The translations under genes and the position numbers were made by a program. From Candidatus Omnitrophota bacterium (GTDB lineage: Bacteria; Omnitrophota; Gorgyraeia; Duberdicusellales; 4484-171): a stretch of 64,000 nt of DNA. Below, in pieces: positions 53,246 to 62,537 of this stretch. Within the stretch, counting starts at the first letter, position 1. Each line of letters opens with the position of its first letter. Location of the stretch: contig JBDRJF010000002.1 of assembly GCA_043815185.1 (NCBI GenBank), positions 9,828 to 73,827 on the forward strand, in the 5' to 3' direction. Below the pieces are notes generated by a model, which did no database searches, had not been told where the DNA came from, and saw only the letters and a program-made list of their open reading frames with translations.

Positions 53246-54459
53246 GAGTTGTACGAAATTTAGAGAGTTTAGAGAAGTTACTTCGCAGGAAGCGGGTACG
53301 CAAAAACAAAGTTTACGAAAAAGTCAGCAAGATCATTAAAGATGTCTGCGAGAACGGAGATAATGCTTTAGTCAAATATACCAATAAGTTTGACAAAGTA
53401 AAAGTGTCGGTTCAGGAGTTAAGGATTTCCGAATCTGAGATAAGTGCTGCTTTTAATGAATTGGACTCGTCTTTAATATCAGCCTTTAAACTGGCTATGG
53501 ATAATGTAACAAAGTTTTATAAAGGGCAGGTTCCTAAAACAGTTAGAGTTAAAGAGGCTAACGGTAAAACTCTTATCAGCCGCTACCTACCCTTAGAGCG
53601 GGTAGGAGTATACGTTCCGGCTGGAACCGCTCCTTTGGTTTCCTCGGTATATATGGCTGTTATCCCAGCCTTGGTTGCCGGGGTCAGGGAGATAGTTTTA
53701 GTTTCACCGCCGGGTAAAGACAAGAACATAAATCCTTTTATCTTAGCTTTAGGTTCTTTGCTTAAAATAAACGAGATATATCGTATCGGAGGTGCACAAG
53801 CTATTGCCGCTTTAGCTTGCGGCACTAAGACTATCAGGAAGGTAGATAAAGTTGTTGGCCCCGGTAATGAGTTTGTGACTGAGGCTAAACGTCAGCTTTT
53901 TGGAGAGGTAGATATTGATATGCTTGCCGGGCCTTCAGAGGTAGTTATCTTAGCTTCTAAAGATGCTAATATCGAACATATTATTTGGGACTTAGAGGCT
54001 CAAACAGAGCACTATAACGGTTTAGGAATCTTAATTACTAATTCCCGAAAAATTATCAGGGAGGCAAGAAATAAAAAGATTCCCGGTTTAGCTCTGCGAG
54101 TAAGAAATTTAGAAGAAGGTTGCCGGGTAGTAAATTGCATTGCTCCCGAGCATTTGGAAATTTTAACTAAGAAACCTTCTTCGCTGATAAAAAAAATCAG
54201 AAATGCTGGCGCAATATTTTTAGGGGATTATACACCGGTTGCTTTAGGAGATTATACTGCCGGGCCAAGCCACATTCTTCCTACCGCCGGTACTAGTCGA
54301 TTCTTTTCCTGTCTTTCAGTCAGGTCTTTTCTCAAGGAGTCGCACATTATAAACTACACCAAGAAAGCTCTGCAGGAAGAGGAACAGGTTTTGGAAAAAA
54401 TAGCTACCCTTGAAGGGATGGTTAAACACATCGAGAGCGTTAAAAAGCGGTTGATTTAA
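53242..54459 (+). CDS. hisD: Histidinol dehydrogenase
   Basis: A typical HisD sequence (GVYVPAGTAPLVSSVYM, GPGNEFVTEAKR, EHLEI). Confidence 0.9.
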   Translation: MRVVRNLESLEKLLRRKRVRKNKVYEKVSKIIKDVCENGDNALVKYTNKFDKVKVSVQELRISESEISAAFNELDSSLISAFKLAMDNVTKFYKGQVPKTVRVKEANGKTLISRYLPLERVGVYVPAGTAPLVSSVYMAVIPALVAGVREIVLVSPPGKDKNINPFILALGSLLKINEIYRIGGAQAIAALACGTKTIRKVDKVVGPGNEFVTEAKRQLFGEVDIDMLAGPSEVVILASKDANIEHIIWDLEAQTEHYNGLGILITNSRKIIREARNKKIPGLALRVRNLEEGCRVVNCIAPEHLEILTKKPSSLIKKIRNAGAIFLGDYTPVALGDYTAGPSHILPTAGTSRFFSCLSVRSFLKESHIINYTKKALQEEEQVLEKIATLEGMVKHIESVKKRLI

Positions 54460-54471
54460 AATGGAGGATCT

Positions 54472-55113
54472 ATGTGGTTTAAGAAGCGTAAGCAGGTGAG
54501 AAAAGCTGCCATAAATAGAAAAACTAACGAAGTGGATATTAAGGGTGAGTTTGTTGTTGACGGCAGGGGAAAGGCCAGGATAAATACCGGTTTCGAACCC
54601 CTTAACCATTTGCTTACTTTATTCTCATTCCACGGGTTGTTTGATTTGAGCCTCAATGCCGGAGGCGACCTTCAGCATCACATAATTGAAGATATTGGTA
54701 TTGCTTTAGGTAAAGCCTTTAAGGAAGCTTTGGGAGATAAATCTGGTATCAACCGTTATGGTTCATTCTCAGCGACTATGGATAAGGTAGTGGTTGAGGC
54801 CAATATTGATATCAGCGGAAGGCCCACATTGCATAAGCAGGTAAGTGCAAATAATGAGATGACGATAAATAATATATGGGATCATAGTAAATTTGATGAT
54901 ACTAGTTTTACCTCTAAAGACGCCGAAGAATTCTTAGAAGCTTTTACCCAGCATGGTGGTTTAAGCCTTGTCTATAATATCAAATCAGGAGAAGGAGACT
55001 TACACCATTTACTAGAGGCTCTTTTTAAAGCTATGGGTAAGGCCTTGGATCAAGCCACTCAAATCGATTCTCGCCGTAAGGGAGTTCCTTCGACAAAAGG
55101 AATAATAGACTAA
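54472..55113 (+). CDS. hisB: Imidazoleglycerol-phosphate dehydratase (monofunctional)
   Basis: RKTNEVDI..., HHIIEDIGIALG and HHLLEALFKAMGKAL. No fused histidinol-phosphatase domain. Confidence 0.85.
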   Translation: MWFKKRKQVRKAAINRKTNEVDIKGEFVVDGRGKARINTGFEPLNHLLTLFSFHGLFDLSLNAGGDLQHHIIEDIGIALGKAFKEALGDKSGINRYGSFSATMDKVVVEANIDISGRPTLHKQVSANNEMTINNIWDHSKFDDTSFTSKDAEEFLEAFTQHGGLSLVYNIKSGEGDLHHLLEALFKAMGKALDQATQIDSRRKGVPSTKGIID

Positions 55114-55128
55114 CCAAATAATTAAAAG

Positions 55129-55758
55129 ATGATAGCAATGGTTGATTATGGAATGGGGAACCTAAAGAGCGTAGAGAATAGCGCTCTATTCTTAGGCAAG
55201 ATGGTGAAAGTGAGCAGTTCCCCGGCCATTATAAACAAGGCTAAGAAAATAATTTTTCCTGGTGTAGGACACTTTGGCCGGGCTGTCAAAGAGTTAAAAA
55301 AGAGGAAGCTTTTTGATCTTTTAAGAAAAAGAATCGCAGAAGGTGTGCCTTTCTTAGGGATTTGCCTCGGGATGCAGTTATTATTGGAAAAGAGCCAGGA
55401 AGCCCCGGGCATAAAAGGATTAGGGGTTATTAGGGGCCAGGTGAGAAAGTTTGTTGACAAGAAGTTGATTGTTCCTCACATGGGGTGGAACCAAGTAGAA
55501 ATCAAAGGTAAAGGCAGAAGAGCAGATAAGACAGGTGAGGGGTTATTTAGAGGAATAAAAGATGGCAGTTTTTTTTACTTTGCTCACTCCTATTACTGTC
55601 AGCCCAAAGAAAGTAGTGTTATTTTATCAACTACTACTTATGGGAGTGAATTTGCCTCTTCTTTACATAAAGAGAATATCTGGGCGGTACAATTTCACCC
55701 AGAAAAGAGTCAAAAATTAGGTTTAAAGGTTTTTAATAATTTTCTTAAAATATGTTAG
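55129..55758 (+). CDS. hisH: Imidazole glycerol phosphate synthase, glutamine amidotransferase subunit
   Basis: DYGMGNLKSV, the catalytic GICLGMQLL and QFHPEKS. Confidence 0.9.
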   Translation: MIAMVDYGMGNLKSVENSALFLGKMVKVSSSPAIINKAKKIIFPGVGHFGRAVKELKKRKLFDLLRKRIAEGVPFLGICLGMQLLLEKSQEAPGIKGLGVIRGQVRKFVDKKLIVPHMGWNQVEIKGKGRRADKTGEGLFRGIKDGSFFYFAHSYYCQPKESSVILSTTTYGSEFASSLHKENIWAVQFHPEKSQKLGLKVFNNFLKIC

Positions 55759-56480
55759 TAATACCGGCAATTGATCTATGGGAAGGTAAGGTGGTTCGTC
55801 TTCTAAGGGGTAATCCAGCCGCTTCTACCGTGTATAGCGATAAGCCGCTTGAGGTAGCTAAGAGCTGGAAAGAAAAAGGGGCAAAACTCCTTCATCTGGT
55901 TGATCTATCGGCAGCTTTAGGTCATAAAGATAATTTGGATATCATTACTGCGATTTTAAACGAAGTCGATGTTAAAGTTGAGATAGGCGGCGGCATAAGA
56001 GATGTCGAGAAAGCAAAAGAGTTAATTGCTTTGGGAGCCCAGAGGGTAATCGTAGGAACCAAGGGCCTAGACGATAAGTTCCTTCAAAATTTAATAAAAT
56101 CATTAGGGGTGGAAAAAATCGCGGTAAGCGTAGATACTATTGATTCTCATCTGGCGATAAAAGGATGGCAGGAGAAGACTTCATTTAAGACTTTGGATTT
56201 TATAGCCAATCTGATAGCGAAGGGCATAAAGTGGATAATTTATACTGATATTTCTCGTGATGGGACCTTGGAGGGGGTAAATTTAGAGCCGATAAGGGAG
56301 TTTAAAACACTGTTTACCAAGGGTAAAAAGGTTAATATTATTATCTCTGGCGGGGTATCTTCCTTTGAGGATATTAAAAAAATTGAGCAAGAAATGCCCT
56401 TTATCTGGGGAGTAATTGTCGGTAAAGCCCTTTATGAAGGAAAGATCGTTTTGGAAAATATAAATATTGACAATATTTAG
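55752..56480 (+). CDS. hisA: ProFAR isomerase HisA
   Basis: MLVIPAIDLWEGKVVRL, IGGGIR and ISGGVSS. No hisF follows in this window. Confidence 0.85.
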   Translation: MLVIPAIDLWEGKVVRLLRGNPAASTVYSDKPLEVAKSWKEKGAKLLHLVDLSAALGHKDNLDIITAILNEVDVKVEIGGGIRDVEKAKELIALGAQRVIVGTKGLDDKFLQNLIKSLGVEKIAVSVDTIDSHLAIKGWQEKTSFKTLDFIANLIAKGIKWIIYTDISRDGTLEGVNLEPIREFKTLFTKGKKVNIIISGGVSSFEDIKKIEQEMPFIWGVIVGKALYEGKIVLENINIDNI

Positions 56481-56494
56481 GAATATGGTATAAA
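56467..56494 (+). promoter_or_regulatory. Promoter: TTGACA, 16 bp, TGgTATAAA, ending 7 nt before the rplM ATG
   Basis: TTGACA at 56467-56472 (inside the hisA 3' end), TG at 56486-56487 and TATAAA at 56489-56494. The rplM ATG at 56502 has no SD. Confidence 0.55.
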
Positions 56495-56501
56495 ACTCTC
56501 T

Positions 56502-56927
56502 ATGCCCAAGACGAAATTTTTCAATAAGGAAGAGCGAAAATGGTTACTTATCGATGCTAAGGATAAGGTTTTGGGCCGCTTATCTACCCGGATAGCCAAG
56601 GTATTGCAGGGCAAGACCAAGGCTACTTATAGCCCTAATTTTCTTTGCGGAGATAGGGTAGTCGTGGTAAACGCAAAATATCTGAAATTTACTGCTAATA
56701 AGTGGGATAGCAAAATTTATGATAAGTTTACCGGTTTTCCTAGCGGCCGTAAAGTGATGCATCTTAAGGTATTAAGCGGGAAGAATTCTTCCCGCATACT
56801 CTACTTGGCTGTAAAGGGGATGCTTCCCAAAAGTAATTTAGGCGCCCAGATGCTTAAGTCGCTGAAAATTTATCCTGAGGCTGAGCATAAGCAAAAGGCT
56901 CAAAAACCGCAAACCGTAAGTATTTAA
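56502..56927 (+). CDS. rplM: 50S ribosomal protein L13
   Basis: KWLLIDAKDKVLGRLSTRIAKVLQGK is a typical L13 sequence. Confidence 0.95.
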   Translation: MPKTKFFNKEERKWLLIDAKDKVLGRLSTRIAKVLQGKTKATYSPNFLCGDRVVVVNAKYLKFTANKWDSKIYDKFTGFPSGRKVMHLKVLSGKNSSRILYLAVKGMLPKSNLGAQMLKSLKIYPEAEHKQKAQKPQTVSI

Positions 56928-56929
56928 TT

Positions 56930-57346
56930 ATGGAAAAAAAAGAAAAGATAAGAGAAAAAGAGGTGTTGATGGCTACCGGGAGAAGAAAAGAAGCATCTGC
57001 CCGGGTAAGATTTTTCCCTAAGGGGGAAGGAAAGATTCTGATTAACGGTAGAAAAATTGAAAATTATTTCTCTACTATAGATAATATTATGCAGATTAAA
57101 AAGCCTTTAATAGTCACTGAGCTCCAAGGAAAGGCAGATGTTTTGGCTAAGGTAAGTGGAGGCGGAATGAGTGGCCAAGCCGGAGCAGTGAGCTTAGGTA
57201 TTTCTCGATGCCTTTTAGAGTGGAATCCTCAGCTAAGAACTTTATTACGGAGAGAAGAGCTGCTTACTCGTGATCCCCGGGCCAAAGAAAGAAAGAAGTA
57301 TGGCCGTAAAGGCGCCCGCCGCCGATTCCAGTGGACCAAGCGATAA
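56930..57346 (+). CDS. rpsI: 30S ribosomal protein S9
   Basis: GRRKEASARVRF... and a C-terminal ...RKKYGRKGARRRFQWTKR. Confidence 0.95.
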   Translation: MEKKEKIREKEVLMATGRRKEASARVRFFPKGEGKILINGRKIENYFSTIDNIMQIKKPLIVTELQGKADVLAKVSGGGMSGQAGAVSLGISRCLLEWNPQLRTLLRREELLTRDPRAKERKKYGRKGARRRFQWTKR

Positions 57347-57446
57347 TTTATTGCTTGTAATCATATTTACCAAAAACAGAATTTTTAAAAGTCCTTGACA
57401 ATTAAGGATGAATGAGTTAAGTTATTTTACTCTTTAAGAGATAATT

Positions 57447-58634
57447 ATGTTTACCCATATTGAAGATATTCTTGTAGAAATTAAGGCTGGACGGCCGGTT
57501 ATCGTGGTTGATGATGAGGCCAGGGAAAATGAGGGTGATTTAATCATCGCGGCTCAGTTTACTAAGCCCGAGCTGATCAATTTTATGATCAGCGAAGCAA
57601 AGGGTTTAGTCTGCGTTCCGCTTACTAAGGAGCGGATTAGCGATTTAGGGTTGGATCCTATGCACTATCAGGCCGGAGCCGACCCTTTTAAAACCGCTTG
57701 GAGAATTTCTGTTGATGCAGCTACCGGGACAACTACTGGAATTTCAGCCTTTGACCGGGCCCGGACAATAGAAGTTTTAATTTCTGCCCAGAGCGTTCCC
57801 GGTGACTTAATTAAGCCCGGACATATTTTTCCTCTAGAAGCTAAAGAGGGCGGAGTTTTAGTAAGAGCTGGGCACACTGAGGCAGCTGTTGATTTAGTAA
57901 AATTAGCCGGTCTTTATCCTGCCGGAGTAATTTGCGAAATCATAAATCAAGATGGTTCTATGGCCAGGCTCACCGACCTGATTGAATTTGCCAAGAAACA
58001 TAATTTAAAAATCTGCACCATTGCTTCCTTAATTGAATATCGCCGGGAAAAAGAAAAATTGATAAGATTAGTGGAGAAAATCAATTTACCTACTGATTAT
58101 GGCCAATTTACATTTTTTCTTTATGAGTCGTTAATTGACAATAGTGAACATATTGCTTTAGTCAAGAATAAAGTTACCGATAAACCTATTCTTGTCCGTG
58201 TCCATTCAGAGTGTCTTACCGGTGACATATTTCTTTCCCGAAGATGTGATTGCGGAAGGCAGCTAGAGAAATCTTTAGAAACAATCAGCCAAGAAGGGGG
58301 TATTCTGCTTTATCTGCGCCAAGAAGGAAGGGGTATTGGCCTTAAGAATAAAATAAGAGCCTATAGCTTGCAGGAAAAAGGAGTTGATACTGTAGAGGCA
58401 AACCATCTTTTAGGTTTTCCTCCTGATTTAAGAAATTACGGAATCGGAGCTCAAATATTGGTAGATTTAGGAGTAAAAAAAATCCGGTTGCTTACCAATA
58501 ACCCTAAAAAAATTATTGGTCTCGAAGGTTATGGTTTAGAAATTACCGAACGGGTACCGATAAAAATAGAGCAGGGAGAAAATAGCCAATACTACCTAAA
58601 GACGAAGAAGAAAAAATTGGATCATATATTGTAA
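57447..58634 (+). CDS. ribBA: Bifunctional 3,4-dihydroxy-2-butanone-4-phosphate synthase / GTP cyclohydrolase II
   Basis: DHBP synthase half ([25 protein letters not shown]) and GCH-II half ([21 protein letters not shown]). Confidence 0.9.
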   Translation: MFTHIEDILVEIKAGRPVIVVDDEARENEGDLIIAAQFTKPELINFMISEAKGLVCVPLTKERISDLGLDPMHYQAGADPFKTAWRISVDAATGTTTGISAFDRARTIEVLISAQSVPGDLIKPGHIFPLEAKEGGVLVRAGHTEAAVDLVKLAGLYPAGVICEIINQDGSMARLTDLIEFAKKHNLKICTIASLIEYRREKEKLIRLVEKINLPTDYGQFTFFLYESLIDNSEHIALVKNKVTDKPILVRVHSECLTGDIFLSRRCDCGRQLEKSLETISQEGGILLYLRQEGRGIGLKNKIRAYSLQEKGVDTVEANHLLGFPPDLRNYGIGAQILVDLGVKKIRLLTNNPKKIIGLEGYGLEITERVPIKIEQGENSQYYLKTKKKKLDHIL

Positions 58635-58659
58635 AGTAATCAGGATAAGGGAGGTAAAT

Positions 58660-59118
58660 ATGAAAGAGGTAAGAGGAAGTTTTTCTGGAAAAGGTAAAAA
58701 AATAGTTATTGTTATTTCACGATTTAATGAATTTATTAGTAACCAATTACTCCAGGGTTGCCTGGATACCTTAAGAAAGTCAGGAGTAACTGAAGAAAAT
58801 GTTTCGATTATTTGGACACCGGGCTCTTTTGAAATACCTCAAGTGTTAAGCAAACTCGATACAAAGAAGCTTAACGCCGTTATTGCTCTAGGAGCGGTTA
58901 TCAGAGGTGAGACTCCCCACTTTGATTATATTGCTTCAGAAGTAACCAAGGGGATAGCTCGTATCTCGCAAGAGAAGGGAATTCCTATTACTCTGGGAGT
59001 GATTACCGCTGATACTGTTGAGCAGGCAATAGAGCGATCCGGAACAAAACAAGGCAATAAGGGTAGAGATGCGGCCCTAACTGCTTTGGAGATGGCCGAC
59101 ATTTATTCGCAGATATAA
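58660..59118 (+). CDS. ribH: 6,7-dimethyl-8-ribityllumazine synthase
   Basis: VISRFNEFI, VPGSFEIP and GAVIRGETPHFDYI. Confidence 0.9.
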   Translation: MKEVRGSFSGKGKKIVIVISRFNEFISNQLLQGCLDTLRKSGVTEENVSIIWTPGSFEIPQVLSKLDTKKLNAVIALGAVIRGETPHFDYIASEVTKGIARISQEKGIPITLGVITADTVEQAIERSGTKQGNKGRDAALTALEMADIYSQI

Positions 59119-59137
59119 TTGCGGATAGATATTCATT

Positions 59138-59569
59138 TTGACAATTTGTGTTGTGATGCGTTTACGATCAAAAGCCAGAGCAATTGCTCTATCCCTTCTT
59201 TATCAAATAGAGCTATCAAGAACTGACCCTGTCCAAGCCCTCGGCAATTTTCTAGAAAATTATCCCCAGAAGCAAGAAGTTATTGATTTTTTCTCTTTAT
59301 TAGTAAAAGGAGTAGTGGAAAATATTTCTTCAATTGACTGCTTGATAAAGAAACATGCAAAAAACTGGGAGATTGAAAGAATGGCAGTTATTGACCGTAA
59401 TATCTTAAGGCTGGGTTGCTTTGAACTGCTTTTTTTAGAAGATATTCCTCCTAAGGTTGCCATAAATGAGGCGATAGAATTAGCAAAACGTTTCGGAGAT
59501 ATAGATTCGCCGCGATTTGTTAATGGCATCTTGGATAAAATATATAAGATGGAAAGAGATAAAAAATGA
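59138..59569 (+). CDS. nusB: Transcription antitermination factor NusB
   Basis: SKARAIALSLLYQIE, AVIDRNILRLGCFEL, and the ribH-nusB synteny. The start is uncertain (TTG at 59138 or ATG at 59156). Confidence 0.85.
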   Translation: MTICVVMRLRSKARAIALSLLYQIELSRTDPVQALGNFLENYPQKQEVIDFFSLLVKGVVENISSIDCLIKKHAKNWEIERMAVIDRNILRLGCFELLFLEDIPPKVAINEAIELAKRFGDIDSPRFVNGILDKIYKMERDKK

Positions 59570-60393
59570 AAAAATGCGATTTACATATCCATTCTAACTT
59601 TTCTGATAGTGATGCTGACTTAGAAAGCATTTTCCAACAAGCCCAGGAGAAGGGCTTAGCCTGCATTGCTATTACTGACCATGATACTGTTGACGGCGTA
59701 GCTAGAGCTCGTGTCTATAGCAAAACTTATAATGTCGAGTTAGTTGAAGCTCTGGAGTTGAGCGCTGAACATAACAATCTAGAGGTCCATATCCTGGCTT
59801 ATTTTATTAACTCTGATGACAGAAGGTTAAAGTCGGAATTAGCACATATAAGGGATTTGAGAAGAGAGCGGCTCATCTGGATGGGAGAGAAACTTAACTC
59901 TTTGGGCATAAAGGTGAATACTCAAGAGTTATTTTTAAGTATAAAAGGGGCAGTACCTACGCGCTTGCATTTGGCCCTATATCTTCTAAAAAAGGGTAAA
60001 ATTAAGACTCTGGCCCAGGCTTTTAATAAATATCTTTCGCCGGGCAGACCGGCTTATCGGGCTCGCTTTAAGTATTCAGTAAAAGAAGCAATTCAGCTTA
60101 TTAAAAGTTTTGGCGGTTTAAGCGTTCTTGCGCATCCCCATATGATTTCTGAGCAATCTTGGGTAGAGGAGTTCATTACCTCAGGAATAGACGGCTTAGA
60201 GACAATTTATCCTAACATGACGGAAACTTTAAATTCCCGCTATAAGAATTTAGCCGACAAGTTCGGGTTGTTGCAAAGCGGCGGTTCTGATGCTCATGGC
60301 AGTTATAAGCAATTTGTAAATATCGGAAAGGTGAGTGTGCCTTATGATTGGGTTGAAGAAATGAAGAGACGTTGCGGGAGAGGCAGGTGTTAA
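59566..60393 (+). CDS. PHP-domain metal-dependent phosphoesterase (TrpH/YciV-like)
   Basis: CDLHIHSNFSDSDA...IAITDHDTVDG, HILAY, LAHP and GGSDAHG metal-ligand motifs. Confidence 0.75.
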   Translation: MKKCDLHIHSNFSDSDADLESIFQQAQEKGLACIAITDHDTVDGVARARVYSKTYNVELVEALELSAEHNNLEVHILAYFINSDDRRLKSELAHIRDLRRERLIWMGEKLNSLGIKVNTQELFLSIKGAVPTRLHLALYLLKKGKIKTLAQAFNKYLSPGRPAYRARFKYSVKEAIQLIKSFGGLSVLAHPHMISEQSWVEEFITSGIDGLETIYPNMTETLNSRYKNLADKFGLLQSGGSDAHGSYKQFVNIGKVSVPYDWVEEMKRRCGRGRC

Positions 60394-61490
60394 CAGCACA
60401 AACCAAGAAAGATATCTATTTCTTGAAAAAGACCTTTCCATTAGCCAGGAAAGGAGAAGGTTTTACTTCACCTAATCCTTTGGTAGGAGCTATTTTGGTT
60501 AAGCATAAACGGATTATATCTTGCGGTTATCATCGTCAAGCTGGCAAGCTTCATGCTGAAATAAAAGCAATCAAGGCAGCTAAGGAGAGTTTAAACGGAG
60601 CTACACTTTATATCAACCTGGAGCCTTGTTGTCATTTTGGTCAAACTCCTCCCTGTGTCGATGAGATTATTAAAAGCGGCATAAAGAAAGTAGTTATTAG
60701 TGTAACCGATCCCAATCCCAAAGTTAGCGGTAAATCGATTACAGAATTAAGAAAGGCCGGAGTAGAGGTAGTGCTGGGTTTATGCAAGGATGAAGCCTGC
60801 AGGCTCAATGAGGTATTTTTTAAAAATATGAAAGAAAACGAACCTTTTGTAGTAGCAAAAGTAGCCCAGAGCTTAGACGGAAAGATTGCTACTCAAAAGG
60901 GTGTATCTCAATGGATTACCTCAAGTGCAAGCCGAAAACTTTCTAAGAGTTTGCGAGATAAGTACGATTGCGTCCTAGTAGGTGCCAATACTTTTAATAA
61001 AGACAATCCTCATCTTGACGGCTCAAGAAGGATTCCTTATAAGGTAGTGGTTTCGGCACGGTTAAACCTGGCTTTAAATTCTTATATTTTACAAAAGACT
61101 CCCGAGAAATTAATAATTTTTACTTCTGATAAGAATAAGAGTAAGAAAAGAAAGTTTCCGCGTTCGGTTAAGGTTTTTTTCTTAAAGGAGGATAAAGGAG
61201 TGCTGCCAGTTAGAAAAATCCTAAAAATTCTCTATTCCTTTAAGATAATGTCTGTTTTTATCGAAGGAGGGCCTTATACTCTTGGCCAGTTTTTTCAAGA
61301 AAAGGCAGTGGATAAAGCTTTTTTCTTCATCGCACCGAAAGTTATCGGCGGCAGTAGGGCTCTTGGTTCAGTAGGAGCAGAAGGTTTTGTTAACCCCAAG
61401 GTTTCTCCTTACCTAGAGAATCTTAAGCTAAAGAGAATTAATAAGGATATTCTCATTTGGGGCTATCCACGATATAAACCAGGAAAATAA
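60372..61490 (+). CDS. ribD: Bifunctional riboflavin biosynthesis deaminase/reductase RibD
   Basis: Deaminase HAEIKAI...LEPCCHFGQTPPC followed by the reductase half. The start is uncertain (TTG at 60372 or GTG at 60387). Confidence 0.9.
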   Translation: MRERQVLTAQTKKDIYFLKKTFPLARKGEGFTSPNPLVGAILVKHKRIISCGYHRQAGKLHAEIKAIKAAKESLNGATLYINLEPCCHFGQTPPCVDEIIKSGIKKVVISVTDPNPKVSGKSITELRKAGVEVVLGLCKDEACRLNEVFFKNMKENEPFVVAKVAQSLDGKIATQKGVSQWITSSASRKLSKSLRDKYDCVLVGANTFNKDNPHLDGSRRIPYKVVVSARLNLALNSYILQKTPEKLIIFTSDKNKSKKRKFPRSVKVFFLKEDKGVLPVRKILKILYSFKIMSVFIEGGPYTLGQFFQEKAVDKAFFFIAPKVIGGSRALGSVGAEGFVNPKVSPYLENLKLKRINKDILIWGYPRYKPGK

Positions 61491-61510
61491 CCTGTTTTTA
61501 AAGTTTAGTT

Positions 61511-62101
61511 ATGAGAAAGAGTAGTAGTTATTGTTATGAGCTGATTATCAGGCGCCGCACAATACGTTTGTTTAAGCAAAAAGAAATTCCTCTAGCTACC
61601 ATTAAACGAGCAATAAATGCCGCCCGTCTTGCTCCTTCGGCAGCAAATTTACAATTTCTAGAGTATTTAGTAGTGAGAAAAAAACCAGTAGGCGAGAAGA
61701 TTTTTCTCTATACCCGTTGGGCGGGTTATTTATATCCTAAGCGGATGCCCCAGCCTGGCAAGAGGCCGACTCTTTATATAATCATTCTGGTGAATAAAAA
61801 TAAGTCTAAAGATCACGACTTAAGAGATGTCGGAGCAGCTGCTGAAAATATAATTTTATCACTTTTAACTGAAGGTGTAGGAAGCTGTTGGATCGGCTCT
61901 ATAGATAAAAAAGCTATAGGTAAAATATTGAAGATACCCCCTAAGTATGAAATAGATTCCTTGATTGCTGCCGGTTTTTCTGATGAGGCCCCAAAGTTAG
62001 AGAGTAGTTCTGGGAATGTTAAGTATTGGCTTGATAAAAAAGGGCGGCTGCATGTTCCCAAGCGGCCGCTTAAGGATATATTCCACTCAGAGGGTTTTTG
62101 A
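61511..62101 (+). CDS. Nitroreductase-family flavoprotein
   Basis: RRTIRLFKQKEIP...RLAPSAANLQ is a typical nitroreductase N-terminus. 196 aa. Confidence 0.75.
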   Translation: MRKSSSYCYELIIRRRTIRLFKQKEIPLATIKRAINAARLAPSAANLQFLEYLVVRKKPVGEKIFLYTRWAGYLYPKRMPQPGKRPTLYIIILVNKNKSKDHDLRDVGAAAENIILSLLTEGVGSCWIGSIDKKAIGKILKIPPKYEIDSLIAAGFSDEAPKLESSSGNVKYWLDKKGRLHVPKRPLKDIFHSEGF

Positions 62102-62127
62102 AGAAGATCCCCCTTTTTTTAATTTTC

Positions 62128-62136
62128 TGCTATAAT
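62128..62136 (+). promoter_or_regulatory. Extended -10 element TGcTATAAT, 9 nt upstream of the PilZ-gene ATG
   Basis: TG at 62128-62129 and TATAAT at 62131-62136. No SD lies before the ATG at 62146. Confidence 0.4.
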
Positions 62137-62145
62137 TAATAAAAT

Positions 62146-62493
62146 ATGGAGAATAAAAGGCGCCTAATAAGATTAGAAGTTAAGGATTTTATAGAAATCC
62201 GGCCGCTAAACGAAGTAGGTGCTTATATCAAGAGTCAGAGCACCAACTTTAGCTTAATGGGAGTGTGTTTTTCTTCACCCAGGGAGTGGCAGAAAGGACA
62301 GGTTCTTCTAGTCGATTATTTTATACCCGAAGAGTTAGATTCAGTCCGGTTAAAAGTAGTAGTAGTTTGGTCAGAGTTAATTGATTCTAAGAACGGCTAT
62401 TTTTGCGGTGGCAAAGTAATTGACGTAGAAGAGGCCAAACAAGAGAAATTTGCTAATTACTATTTTAAACAGCTAAAGAATAGATTCTTCTGA
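62146..62493 (+). CDS. Single-domain PilZ (c-di-GMP-binding) protein
   Basis: RRLIRLEV (RxxxR motif) and NFSLMG (D/NxSxxG motif). 115 aa. Confidence 0.75.
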   Translation: MENKRRLIRLEVKDFIEIRPLNEVGAYIKSQSTNFSLMGVCFSSPREWQKGQVLLVDYFIPEELDSVRLKVVVVWSELIDSKNGYFCGGKVIDVEEAKQEKFANYYFKQLKNRFF

Positions 62494-62537
62494 ATCTGGT
62501 GTCTGGCTTAAAGCCCGGCCTCTATTTAATATAAATC

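Noticed and set aside
53242-56480. Incomplete his operon (hisD-B-H-A only; no hisG, hisF, hisIE or leader peptide) as evidence of pathway decay
   Set aside because: The genes present are intact and tightly coupled. The missing genes may simply be elsewhere in the genome, and hisC lies in the aromatic operon at 39069-40157. This cannot be judged from one window.
57347-57446. Possible FMN riboswitch upstream of ribBA
   Set aside because: The spacer is only 100 nt. It lacks the conserved FMN-element strings and multi-stem junction, and only a weak TTGACA-17-TAAGTT promoter is seen. An Infernal scan would be the decisive test.
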